From the NCBI GenBank assembly GCA_963735115.1, contig CAVTJR010000003.1, positions 1,231,509 to 1,295,508 of the forward strand: DNA of 64,000 bases, read 5' to 3'. Source of the stretch: an uncultured Actinomycetota bacterium (GTDB lineage Bacteria; Actinomycetota; Acidimicrobiia; Acidimicrobiales; Bog-793). The notes beneath the pieces were generated by a model. It did not search any database and was not told where the DNA came from. It worked only from the letters and a program-made list of their open reading frames with translations. The position numbers were made by a program, and so were the translations under genes. Below, one piece after another: positions 46,045-55,229 of this stretch. Each line of letters starts with the position of its first letter. Position 1 is the stretch's first letter.

Positions 46045-47487
46045 TCAGCCGGCGATGGTTCGCAGCTCGCGGGCCAGGCGGGTGGCGTCGACGGTACCGA
46101 GCCCGCTGGCGAGGTCATAGCCGGGGGCGGCCTCATAGCCGGGTACGGTCACCGTCTCGCCACCCTGGAAGAACGTGACGGTGTTCGAGCCGATGGTCAC
46201 GTCGACTATCCCGGCCGCTCCGGCGGCCTGCAGCCGGTACAGATACGGGTTCAGCCAGCCGAGGTGCTTACCGGCGACTTCGTCGGCGACCGCAACGATG
46301 CCGGCGAGCAACGGCGTCGCCTCACTGGTGCCGCCGATGATGTAGAAGCCTTTCTCGAGGCCCGGGAACGACTCGTAGACGAGGGCGCCGCCGTCTTCGG
46401 CGGCACTGAGGCTCACGTCCGGCACGCCCCGATGGGCTCCGACGATGTCGGTGACGCCCGCTTGGAAAGCCGGCCGGGCGAACACCTTCGAGACGCCTCC
46501 GGAGCCGGCCGACGGCGTGCCGAACAGGTTGGTGTCATTCCAGACGTTGTCGGGAAGGACGCGGGCGCCGGACTCGTTCAGGTGCAGTTGCAGGCCGCCG
46601 ACGGCGGTGACGAGCGGATCGGTCGACGGCCAGTCGACCGCCCGCGAGGCGAACAGCTCCGAGCCCGTGACCGACGAGCTGTCCGTGCTGCCGTCGTCGC
46701 CGGTGGCCGCCAGCACGGTGACGTGATCCTTCGCCGCCAGCTCGTAGGCACTCCGAAGCCGCAGGATCGAGCGGGCGCTCGGGAACGTGCCTTCCGTCGC
46801 CCCGAAACTCTGGCTGATGACGGCCGGGTTCTCGTGTTCGATCGCCCAGATCTCGGCCGTCTCGATCTGCGGGAAGCCGGCCGTTCCCTCTGTCTCGGCC
46901 ACCGGGGTTTCGACGAGAACCATGCGAGCTCCGGGCGCCATCGCGTGGGCGTACTCGACATCGAGGGACGTCTCCTCACCCCACACGAGCATCGGCCCGC
47001 TCCCTGTCGCATCCCACGCTGGCAGGGCTCCGGCGGGGGTCACGATGGAAAGAGACGGCGGCGGGGGCAGCTGGAATGCCTTGTCGAAGGTGGCGAGGTC
47101 CGACGAGATGGTCGGCGACCCGAAGCAATCGACGATGACGACGGTCTCGCCCTTGCCGTCATCGCCCGCGCGGAACAGCGGGCCGAGGTCATAGGCCTGC
47201 TGCAGCTGCTTCGGGCTGTAACAGGCGACACCTGAGGTGGCCTGGCAGGCTGCTGTCGAGGGCGGCGTGTCGAACCGCTGCCGCCCTTGGCGGGCGAAGG
47301 ACACGGGGTGAACGACCGGAGGCAGCTGGAAGGTCGTCACCGGTGGCGAGGACCTGCGTGGCGACGTGGCCGCCTCCCTCCCGCTCGTGCAGCCGGCGAG
47401 CACGACGGCGGCGACACCCGCCAGCACGAGCAGCGAACCCACACCGGGGCAACGGGGTCGCTTCCCACCCAAATGCCGCGGCATCAC
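46045..47487 (-). CDS. S53 (sedolisin/kumamolisin-like) serine peptidase, lipoprotein
   Basis: Lipobox VLAGC, pro-domain cleavage-site context YSPKQLQQAYD, catalytic region GGTSEATPLLAG. Confidence 0.78.
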   Translation of the reverse strand: MMPRHLGGKRPRCPGVGSLLVLAGVAAVVLAGCTSGREAATSPRRSSPPVTTFQLPPVVHPVSFARQGRQRFDTPPSTAACQATSGVACYSPKQLQQAYDLGPLFRAGDDGKGETVVIVDCFGSPTISSDLATFDKAFQLPPPPSLSIVTPAGALPAWDATGSGPMLVWGEETSLDVEYAHAMAPGARMVLVETPVAETEGTAGFPQIETAEIWAIEHENPAVISQSFGATEGTFPSARSILRLRSAYELAAKDHVTVLAATGDDGSTDSSSVTGSELFASRAVDWPSTDPLVTAVGGLQLHLNESGARVLPDNVWNDTNLFGTPSAGSGGVSKVFARPAFQAGVTDIVGAHRGVPDVSLSAAEDGGALVYESFPGLEKGFYIIGGTSEATPLLAGIVAVADEVAGKHLGWLNPYLYRLQAAGAAGIVDVTIGSNTVTFFQGGETVTVPGYEAAPGYDLASGLGTVDATRLARELRTIAG

Positions 47488-47515
47488 CGGCAGCCGGCGA
47501 GGAGCCGGGGCCGTA

Positions 47516-47563
47516 TCTCAGGCGACGTCTGCCTCGTCTTTCTCAGGCGACGTCTGCCTCGTC
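47516..47563. repeat. tandem duplication (2 x 23 bp, 25-bp period) of the DUF4395 gene end
   Basis: tctcaggcgacgtctgcctcgtc occurs at 47516-47538 and 47541-47563. The second copy contains the real stop and the last six codons. Confidence 0.7.
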
Positions 47564-48064
47564 GAGCTCGCTACCGACCGTCTCGGTTGAGCGCGTCCAG
47601 ATATCCGCACACTCCCGGCAGACGTCCTCGGGGATGACACCCGCCTTCATCAGGAGCGGGAAGGCCCGGCAGGCGATGCAGAACCCGAAGAAGGCCTCCA
47701 GGCTGGCCGCCCCTACCAATGCGGTCAGGACGCGGTACGCGGCGCGCTTGCGGCCCGTCGCCGCCAGCGCGAGGGCGGTGCCCGACATGGCCAGGCCGAC
47801 GCCTTGGGCGAGCCGCTTCGGCGGGCCGGGCACGAAGCGGTGCTCGACGTTCAGCCGCGGCGTCACCACCTTCGTGGCGAGCTGGCCAAGAGGGCTCAGC
47901 GTTGGCCCCGTCAGCACCCTGGCGGCGAAACCATACGTCAGCGGCAGCAGGATCCAGGGCTGGTCGAGAGCGATGGTGGCCGCCCCCATGGCGACGACGC
48001 CACCAGCGACGACACGTGCCGAGGTCTCGTTGACTGGATTGGGAAACCCGATGATGTTCGTCAC
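47543..48064 (-). CDS. DUF4395 domain-containing membrane protein
   Basis: The GTG at 48064 follows GAGGAGG. ..FFGFCIACRAFPLLMKAGVIPEDVCRECADI C-terminus. Confidence 0.75.
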   Translation of the reverse strand: MTNIIGFPNPVNETSARVVAGGVVAMGAATIALDQPWILLPLTYGFAARVLTGPTLSPLGQLATKVVTPRLNVEHRFVPGPPKRLAQGVGLAMSGTALALAATGRKRAAYRVLTALVGAASLEAFFGFCIACRAFPLLMKAGVIPEDVCRECADIWTRSTETVGSELDEADVA

Positions 48065-48183
48065 GACTCGACCTCCTCTCTGCCGACGGGTACTCGGTGG
48101 ACGGCATGAGGACGTTACCGCCCGGGTCTCCACGACGAGCCACCGCGCTCACGCCCGAGTGGCCCTCGTCTCATACCGGCCGC

Positions 48184-48960
48184 TCAGCGGGTGTCGACGA
48201 CCTGGAAGACCTCGGCGTAGCTGCCCGGGCCAAGGCCGCTCAGCTCGGCCGTAGCTGCCGTCCAGCGCCGGACGAACCCCTCCAGCTGGGCGGGGTCGCC
48301 GATCTGGCTCTCGTGGCAGCGCAGGGCGGCGATCTTGCGCTCCATCACGTTGGTGATGTCGACGAAGCGGTCCGCTCTCGGTGAGGCCATCAGCCATACC
48401 TCGCCCACCTCGTGCGCCTTCAGCCCGGCCGCCAGCAGCTCAGGATGGGCGTAGGGGTTGCGAGCGTCCGGGTAGACGGCTTGCAGGGTCGCCTCGCCGG
48501 CGGCGAGGTGATCCGGATGGCTCGCCCGGATGCGCTCCCAGTTACGTTCCGGTGACTGGGCGAGGACGCGGTCGGGACGCACCTCGCGGATCACCCGGCT
48601 GAGATCTCGCCTCAGCTCGTAGGTGACCTCGAGCCGTCCATCGGGGTAGCCGAGAAACCGCACGTCGCTCACCCCCACCTCCGCCGCCGCTTTGCGCTGC
48701 TCGGCCTGACGCCGTTTTGGCAGCTCAGCCATGTCGACCTCGGGTCCGGAGGCACCCGCGGCACCGTCAGTGACCACGCAATACACCACCTCGACACCCA
48801 GCGCCGTCCAGGATGCGACCGTTCCGGCGGCGCCGAAGTCGACGTCGTCCGGGTGAGCCGTGATGACGAGCACCCGGTCGGGTAGCCGTGTATCCGGGTC
48901 GCCGCGGTCGGCTGGCGTGCCGGGCTCGGCTGGCGTGCCGGGCTCGGCTGGGCTGGTCAT
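48184..48960 (-). CDS. PIG-L/LmbE family deacetylase
   Basis: VLVITAHPDDVDFGAAGTVA and HPDH motifs. ATG at 48960. The N-terminus carries the 18-bp tandem repeat PAEPGT x2. Confidence 0.85.
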   Translation of the reverse strand: MTSPAEPGTPAEPGTPADRGDPDTRLPDRVLVITAHPDDVDFGAAGTVASWTALGVEVVYCVVTDGAAGASGPEVDMAELPKRRQAEQRKAAAEVGVSDVRFLGYPDGRLEVTYELRRDLSRVIREVRPDRVLAQSPERNWERIRASHPDHLAAGEATLQAVYPDARNPYAHPELLAAGLKAHEVGEVWLMASPRADRFVDITNVMERKIAALRCHESQIGDPAQLEGFVRRWTAATAELSGLGPGSYAEVFQVVDTR

Positions 48961-49167
48961 GGCGTCGACGGTAGCGGCAGACCGCCGGCACCGTCGACGA
49001 CGCAGCCCAGGACCGAGGGCGGCGGGTGACCGCCCATGATCGCAACCCGCTCGAGGCGGAGAACGAGAAATCGCAAGCGCGCTGGCCCAGACGTGCGACA
49101 ATGTGGCGGTCAATTTCCTGACAGGTTCTCGCGGCGGCAAGAGCGCTCGCCAAGGAGGTAGTTCCAG

Positions 49168-49950
49168 ATGACTACGACAGCGAGCTGGCGTCGCATGGCG
49201 GTTGCGGGCGCCCTTGCGGGCATCGCCCTCGGCGCCAGCGCATGTAGCAGCTCCTCCTCGTCCGCGACCACGACGACGACCTCGCCGTCGGGTTCGAGCA
49301 CGCCGACTTCGTCCTCGGCCAGCGGCAGCAGCACCACGAGCACGACATCGGCCTCGAGCGGCGGCGCCTCCCTTTCTCAGCTCGAGTCGAAGCTGTCGTC
49401 CGGCCAGGTAGCCACCTTCGCTGCCACCTACAAGCTCACCGGCACCGAGGCAGGCAAGAGCGTGAACGGCACCCTCACCGTCGCCCACTCCGGCACGAGC
49501 TCCCTCTTCGGCGTCGTCACGGCGCAGGGCGCCTTCGAGGAGATCGTCACCGGCACTACGTCGGTCATCTGCGCCAAGCAGGCGGCGGCCTGGGAGTGCT
49601 TCGGGGGTGCCAGCGCGGCGTCACTCGGCGCTTCGGTGGCGGCCTTCTCCGACCTCTACAGCTCGAAGGCCGCATTGGCCCTCCTCAAGTCGGACTCGGC
49701 CCTGGCTTCGGACGTGACGGAGTCGTCGAGCACGGTGGCCGGCCAGCCGGTGAGCTGCTACACCTTCCACGCCAAGACTGACAACGGTCTCTACACGTTC
49801 TGCGTGACGGCCTCCGGCGTCATGGCGGAGTGGTACGGCTCGGACACGACCGGCAACTGGAAGCTCCTCGTCTCGAGCTATTCGTCGAGCGTTCCGAGCA
49901 ACGAGTTCACGCCTCCGGCCACGCCGACGACGATCCCGACAGGGACCTGA
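49168..49950 (+). CDS. hypothetical lipoprotein with a Ser/Thr-rich linker
   Basis: AAGGAGG SD, signal peptide plus lipobox LGASAC, a poly-S/T stretch, then a globular domain. Confidence 0.75.
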   Translation: MTTTASWRRMAVAGALAGIALGASACSSSSSSATTTTTSPSGSSTPTSSSASGSSTTSTTSASSGGASLSQLESKLSSGQVATFAATYKLTGTEAGKSVNGTLTVAHSGTSSLFGVVTAQGAFEEIVTGTTSVICAKQAAAWECFGGASAASLGASVAAFSDLYSSKAALALLKSDSALASDVTESSSTVAGQPVSCYTFHAKTDNGLYTFCVTASGVMAEWYGSDTTGNWKLLVSSYSSSVPSNEFTPPATPTTIPTGT

Positions 49951-50012
49951 TCGTCGGCCCAGTCGGGCCGCAGAGGTACGTATCCACCACTGACGTCAGC
50001 TTCGTTGCCAAA

Positions 50013-50552
50013 ATGTTGACTGTGATCGGTGGTTCGCGCCCTTCGAGGAGGCCCGACATCGAGATCCGCACGCCCGCGGCGGCCCGGCTCGTGCACGCCG
50101 GCGTCCTCCTGGCCGGAGCCGCCGTCGCCACCATCGTGACGGTCGTCCTGGCGAGCAGAGGGACTCCCTGGGCCGTCGTGTCGGGCATCGCCCTGGCCGT
50201 TTGGGTCTCCTACTACTACCGGCTCTTCAACATGGCCGTGGTCGTGCGCGGCGACCACCTCACGGCGCGCAACCTCTTTTCGACGCGCCGCATCGAGCGA
50301 TCACGCGTCGGAGCGGTCACCCTCGGCGAGAGTGCCGTGGCGAAGAGCCCCAATCAGACCGTCGTGTTGGCGCTCGTCGGCGGTCAACGCGTTGCCCTCG
50401 ACGCCTGTGCCCGCACGCTGCAGTCCCCCCGTACCCGTCGCAGAGTGGAGGAGTTCCAGCGGCGCCTCGAGCACTGGTCCCGTCACGGCCCGGATGCCAC
50501 CTTTGCGGCCGACCGGCGGGCCCTCACACGAGCAGGCCCGGAAGCTCCCTGA
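50013..50552 (+). CDS. hypothetical membrane protein (two TM segments plus a PH-like C-terminal region)
   Basis: ATG at 50013. Hydrophobic segments VLLAGAAVATIVTVVLA and VVSGIALAVWVSYYY. Confidence 0.55.
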   Translation: MLTVIGGSRPSRRPDIEIRTPAAARLVHAGVLLAGAAVATIVTVVLASRGTPWAVVSGIALAVWVSYYYRLFNMAVVVRGDHLTARNLFSTRRIERSRVGAVTLGESAVAKSPNQTVVLALVGGQRVALDACARTLQSPRTRRRVEEFQRRLEHWSRHGPDATFAADRRALTRAGPEAP

Positions 50553-51209
50553 CGGTCTCGAGGATGTGCGTGTGGGGCGCCTGCTCGAGCTCGGCTCGGC
50601 CGTGGGCGCCCGTGAGCACGCCGGCGACGATGCCCGCCCCGGCGCGGTGGGCGGCCCAGAGATCGCTCGTGGTATCCCCGGCGACGGCGACGTGGCGAAC
50701 ATCGCCGATCTGAAGGCGGATGACGGCGGTGAGGATCATGTCCGGCCACGGTCGACCGCGCCCGGCGTCGCGGGGGAGAGCACGAGATCCGCCAGCTGCT
50801 GCCAACCGAGGCTCGCCAAGATGGCGTCGCGCGTCTGCGGTGAGAAACCTGTCGTGAGGCAAACCTTCATCCCGACATCCTGCAGCTGCCCGATCACGGC
50901 CTCCGCCCCTTCGACGGGGACGACGGCGCCCGCGCTGACCGCCCGGTCGTAGGCTGCCTCGAAGGCCAGATTGGCGGCCTCTGCTCGCGCCGCATCCCCG
51001 TACAGTGCCGTGAACACCTCGATCTTGGAGCGCCCCATCGTCTCGCGCACATAGGCGAGGGCATCCTCGGCCGGATGACCCTTGCTGCCGGCAGGAGGCG
51101 ACGGCTGGCCGACGGCCTCGATGGCCGCCGCGAAGGCCTCCTCGACGACGCCACCGTCGGCGACGGTGGTACCGGCCATGTCAAGGGCTGCCAACTCGAA
51201 GCTGCTCAT
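50524..51209 (-). pseudogene. phosphonatase-like HAD hydrolase, interrupted by a 1-nt frame disruption in a 5-nt homopolymer (50772-50776)
   Basis: The N-terminal part LDMAGTTVADGGVVEEAF..LVLSP is in ORF 50736-51209. The continuation RDAGRGRPWPDMILTAVIRLQI..VAVAGDTTSDLWAAHRAG is in ORF 50524-50862. One extra C in TCTCCCCCGCGAC restores a single frame. Confidence 0.8.
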
Positions 51210-52318
51210 GAAAACGTCTCCTCGGCGATGGCGGGTGACAGCGTCATCCCCCGCCCCGCCGGCGCCGTCACGATCTCGACGCCGGGCAGGACCTGGGAGC
51301 GGTAGTAGACGCGATCATCCCCCACCACCGAGTAGACGCCTGCCCACCGCCGCACGACCCGAGGGAGAGGCCGCCCGAGAATGCGTTCCGCCCGCGCCTT
51401 CAAGTCGTCATAGGCGCTCTCATCCACGGCGAAGTCGAACGGTTCGTCGTAGACGTGCGTGTCCCCGATCGTCAGCCCGCCGTCCGCCCGCTGTACGAGC
51501 AGGAGCTGCATCGCCCAGGCGGCCGTCACAGCCCTCGGCGGCGGCAGCGCCGCCCGCGCCGGGAGGTCGAAGGCTGGGTAGTAGCGCATCGAGTCGCCGT
51601 CGGCGACCGCCGTCGTGAGGTGCTCGCTGTCGGCCATCGTCTGCATCATCTGCAAGCGGCACCGGCGGATGAGGGCAGAGGCGAGATCCGCCCCGACGGC
51701 GCCGCCGATGCCGCTGAGCTGGTCGCCGATGCACAGCACGACGCGCTCGGCCTCATAGGACTGACCGCGCTGGTCGGTCACGCTGCCCTCGGTGACCGCC
51801 ACGACGCGGGTGTCCGGGAGCCAGCGGTAGCCGCCGCTGCGGGCGAGATCCTCCCGAAGAGCCCCGAGCACCTGCCCCGGCTCCACGATGGCGTCCCGCC
51901 GGCACCACATCGCCCCGGCGATGTCTCCTTTGACGGCGGGATTGAGCCTCCGCACCTCGTCGGCTCCGAGCACCTCGACCTCGCGGGCAGCCGCATCGGG
52001 CTCGCCGACCAGCTCGGCCATGACGGCGAGCTCCTCTTCGTCGGCCGCGATGGTGAGCGAGCCGTCCGGACGAAACCCCAGCTCCTTCACCTGCTCGCCG
52101 AGCTCCTGCCACAGCTCGCGTGCCCGCAGAGCGAGGGCGAGCTCTGTGCCGGCAGCCCGACCACTCACCCACACGAGGCCGAAGTTGCGAACCGAGGCCC
52201 GCCGAGGGCCCGCGTCGGCCTCGAGTTGGGTGACGTCAAACCCCCGCCGCCGTCCCTCGACCGCATGCATCGTCCCGATCACGCCACCGCCGACGACGAT
52301 GACTCGTTCCGGACTCAT
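51206..52318 (-). CDS. FAD-dependent oxidoreductase (DAO family; resembles the phosphonate-associated TIGR03364 type)
   Basis: RVIVVGGGVIGTMHA dinucleotide fold. 370 aa. The stop overlaps the start of the phosphonatase-like HAD gene (ATGA). Confidence 0.82.
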   Translation of the reverse strand: MSPERVIVVGGGVIGTMHAVEGRRRGFDVTQLEADAGPRRASVRNFGLVWVSGRAAGTELALALRARELWQELGEQVKELGFRPDGSLTIAADEEELAVMAELVGEPDAAAREVEVLGADEVRRLNPAVKGDIAGAMWCRRDAIVEPGQVLGALREDLARSGGYRWLPDTRVVAVTEGSVTDQRGQSYEAERVVLCIGDQLSGIGGAVGADLASALIRRCRLQMMQTMADSEHLTTAVADGDSMRYYPAFDLPARAALPPPRAVTAAWAMQLLLVQRADGGLTIGDTHVYDEPFDFAVDESAYDDLKARAERILGRPLPRVVRRWAGVYSVVGDDRVYYRSQVLPGVEIVTAPAGRGMTLSPAIAEETFS

Positions 52319-52353
52319 GGCGAGGGGATGCTAGCCCGGTCGCCGAGGCGGCC

Positions 52354-53337
52354 TCAGTCCCCCAGGAAGGCCTGCAGGGTACGGAGAAACTGCCTCTCGT
52401 ACTGGAAGAAGAAGGCGTGGCCCGAGTCCGGGTAGAGCACAAGCTTGGCTCCCTTGATGACCGAAGTCAGCTGGCGGTCGTTCGCCGTCGGCACGAGGAC
52501 GTCGTCGCGCCCGTCGGCGACCAGGGTCGGGGCGGAGATCTCCTCGATGTGGCGCCCGGCGGCTTCCTTGCCGGCAAGCCAGGAGGCGAGCGATCCCAGC
52601 TGCGCCCGGTCCACGCCCGCCGGTGCGACGTAAAAGTGAGGGAACTGCGTGATCTGCGAGACGAACTCCTCCATGGCGTGGCGCTGGTCGGACGGGAAGA
52701 GCAAGTCGAGGGCGACGGCGACGCTTGCTGGGTCGACGAGGGCCTTGGCCACCGCGGACGAGGGCAGAGTGGCCCTACCGTTGCCGGGCAGAGTGGCGCA
52801 CAGTATGAGATGGCGGACAAGGGCCGGGTGCAGGACGGCGAGTGCCTGGGCGATCATGCCGCCCATCGACCAGCCGAGGACATCGGGCCGGCCCAGGTGC
52901 AGCGTCTCGATGAGGGCGGCCGTCTGATTCGCCATGGCCGTGATCGTGAGCGGAGCGCGCAGTGCGCTCGTGCGGCCGATGCCGGCATTGTCGAAGATCA
53001 CCACCCGGTGCGCCCTGCCGAGGGCGTCCACGAACCTCGGCTCCCAGGCGTCCATCGTTCCCGAGTAGCCCATGATCATCACGAGGGGAGGCCCCACCCC
53101 GACGATGCGGTACCCGACGGACCCGTCGTCGGTGTGGGCAACCTCAACCGGAGCCCGCACGATCGAGACGGCGCTCGCCGGCAGCGTGCTCGCGGCCGTC
53201 GTGGCGCCGGAGCCGGCTGTCGTCGTCGAGCTGGAGCTGGAGCTGGGGCTCGGGGCGCCGCTGTTGCCCGAGGTGCAGGCGGAGAGCGCCGCCACGATGG
53301 CCAGGCCGCAGGCTCCTACCACCACTCGTCCGTCCAT
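52354..53337 (-). CDS. secreted alpha/beta hydrolase lipoprotein
   Basis: Lipobox LSAC, Ser/Thr linker, nucleophile elbow GWSMGG, C-terminal DSGH. Confidence 0.85.
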   Translation of the reverse strand: MDGRVVVGACGLAIVAALSACTSGNSGAPSPSSSSSSTTTAGSGATTAASTLPASAVSIVRAPVEVAHTDDGSVGYRIVGVGPPLVMIMGYSGTMDAWEPRFVDALGRAHRVVIFDNAGIGRTSALRAPLTITAMANQTAALIETLHLGRPDVLGWSMGGMIAQALAVLHPALVRHLILCATLPGNGRATLPSSAVAKALVDPASVAVALDLLFPSDQRHAMEEFVSQITQFPHFYVAPAGVDRAQLGSLASWLAGKEAAGRHIEEISAPTLVADGRDDVLVPTANDRQLTSVIKGAKLVLYPDSGHAFFFQYERQFLRTLQAFLGD

Positions 53338-53510
53338 TGGGGGCGATTCTGCCCGACGCGCAGGGAGCCGGCCGCTCAGCCCGAGGCGACACCTGCCGCC
53401 GCGCCGGTGTCGTCTCGCCTAGTGAGGCCTCGGCGGCGCCGGGCGGGAATGCCGGCGGGGCCCACCACGTTGGCGACACACATGGGGGACTTCACCGTGG
53501 ACTTCACCGC

Positions 53511-55049
53511 ATGGGGGTGAGCGCTCGAGAGACCGCAGCCCGCCGTACGCCCGACTGGTTGATCCTCACCCTCGCGTGCGTCGCCCAGTTCATGGTGCTG
53601 CTCGACGTCTCCATCGTCAACGTGGCGCTGCCGTCCATCAAGCGCAGCTTGGGTTTCTCGCAGGCTGAGCTGCAGTGGGTGTTGAACGCCTACACCCTGA
53701 CTTTCGCCGGTTTCCTCCTCCTCGGCGGCCGCACCGCCGACCTCTTCGGTCGGCGTCGAATCTTCCTCATCGGGCTGACCGTCTTCACGCTCGCCAGCCT
53801 CCTCGGAGGCTTGGCCGAGAACCAGGCCATGCTCATCACCGCCAGGGCGGTCCAGGGTCTCGGCGGGGCCATCCTCTCGCCCACCACCTTGACGATCCTC
53901 ACGACGACGTTCCGCGAGCCGAAGGCCCGCGCGAGAGCGATGGGGATCTGGAGTGCCGTCGCAGGTGCCGGGGGTGCCGCAGGTGCCCTCCTCGGCGGCA
54001 TCCTCACCGAGGAGCTGTCCTGGCGGTGGATCCTCTTCATCAACGTCCCGATCGGCATCGTGACCTTCGTCGTCGGACGGGCGTTCCTGCAGGAGAGCCG
54101 GGCCCAGGGTGAGCGTCAACCGCTCGATGTGGCAGGCGCCATGCTCGTGACCGGCGGCTTGACGGCGCTCGTGTTCGGCGTCGTCCGCACGACGAGCGTC
54201 AGCTGGGGTTCCTGGCAGACCATTGTCGCCCTCGGCCTCTCCGCCTGCCTGCTCGCCTGGTTCGTGCTGCACGAGGGACGCGTGGCCATGTCGCCGCTCA
54301 TGCCCTTGTCACTGTTCAGGCGACGCTCGATCTGGACCGCCAACCTCGTGATGTTCCTGTTGTCCGGCGCCCTCTTCGCCATGTGGTTCTTCGTGTCGCT
54401 CTACTTGCAGGAGGTGCACCGCTACACGCCGTTGCGCACAGGCTTCGCCTTCATCCCGCAGACGGTGGCCATCATCGTCGGCGCCCAGCTCTCGTCCCGC
54501 CTCGTGCTCCGCCTCGGGCCGCGGCCGCTGCTCGTGCTCGGCGGGCTCCTGTCCGCCACCGGGTTGCTGCTCTTCTCCGACCTGGGCGTCGACACGGGCT
54601 ACCTGTCGGGCTTCCTCGTGCCGAGCGTGCTCATCACCCTCGGGCTCGGCCTCTCCTTCACCCCGTTGGCTTACGCCGCCACGGCCGGGGTCCCTCCCAA
54701 CGAGGCCGGCCTCGCCTCCGGCATCGTGAACACGTCGCGCCAGATCGGCGGCGCCGTCGGCCTGGCCGTGCTGGCAACCGTGGCGACCTCTAGGACGCAC
54801 GCGCTTGCCACCCTGGCCATGCGAGTGGCGCTCACAGACGGCTACACGCTGGCATTCCGCATCAGCTCCGTCATCGCCCTCGGTGCTGGCCTTGCAGCCC
54901 TCCTCGTGCCGGCGAGGCGGGCGGTGACGGCTGCTGGCCTCGGGGCTGCCCCCGCCCCTGCGGCCGGCGCCGGTGACTCCGCCCCGGGCGGTGGTGCCGA
55001 CGGCACTGCTAAAGCACCCGGCCCAGTCGCCACGCGCGCAACGGACTGA
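53511..55049 (+). CDS. MFS transporter, DHA2 (EmrB/QacA, 14-TM) family
   Basis: FMVLLDVSIVNVALPSI, GRTADLFGRRRIFL. About 14 hydrophobic segments. Start is ATG 53511 or GTG 53517. Confidence 0.88.
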   Translation: MGVSARETAARRTPDWLILTLACVAQFMVLLDVSIVNVALPSIKRSLGFSQAELQWVLNAYTLTFAGFLLLGGRTADLFGRRRIFLIGLTVFTLASLLGGLAENQAMLITARAVQGLGGAILSPTTLTILTTTFREPKARARAMGIWSAVAGAGGAAGALLGGILTEELSWRWILFINVPIGIVTFVVGRAFLQESRAQGERQPLDVAGAMLVTGGLTALVFGVVRTTSVSWGSWQTIVALGLSACLLAWFVLHEGRVAMSPLMPLSLFRRRSIWTANLVMFLLSGALFAMWFFVSLYLQEVHRYTPLRTGFAFIPQTVAIIVGAQLSSRLVLRLGPRPLLVLGGLLSATGLLLFSDLGVDTGYLSGFLVPSVLITLGLGLSFTPLAYAATAGVPPNEAGLASGIVNTSRQIGGAVGLAVLATVATSRTHALATLAMRVALTDGYTLAFRISSVIALGAGLAALLVPARRAVTAAGLGAAPAPAAGAGDSAPGGGADGTAKAPGPVATRATD

Positions 55050-55229
55050 GTCCGGCGGCCGTCGAACTCGGCGCCATGCGCAGCGCCAGGCGGGAGGGCA
55101 GTTGCGGCTGCTCAGGCGGCGTTGGTGCCTGCGTGCAGGTCCGAAGGCACTCGCAAGCCGGTTAGAAGATGGATCGTGACCCGAGATCCCGGCAGGGCCG
55201 ACTCCGACGGCGCAGCCGAGCTCGACAAG

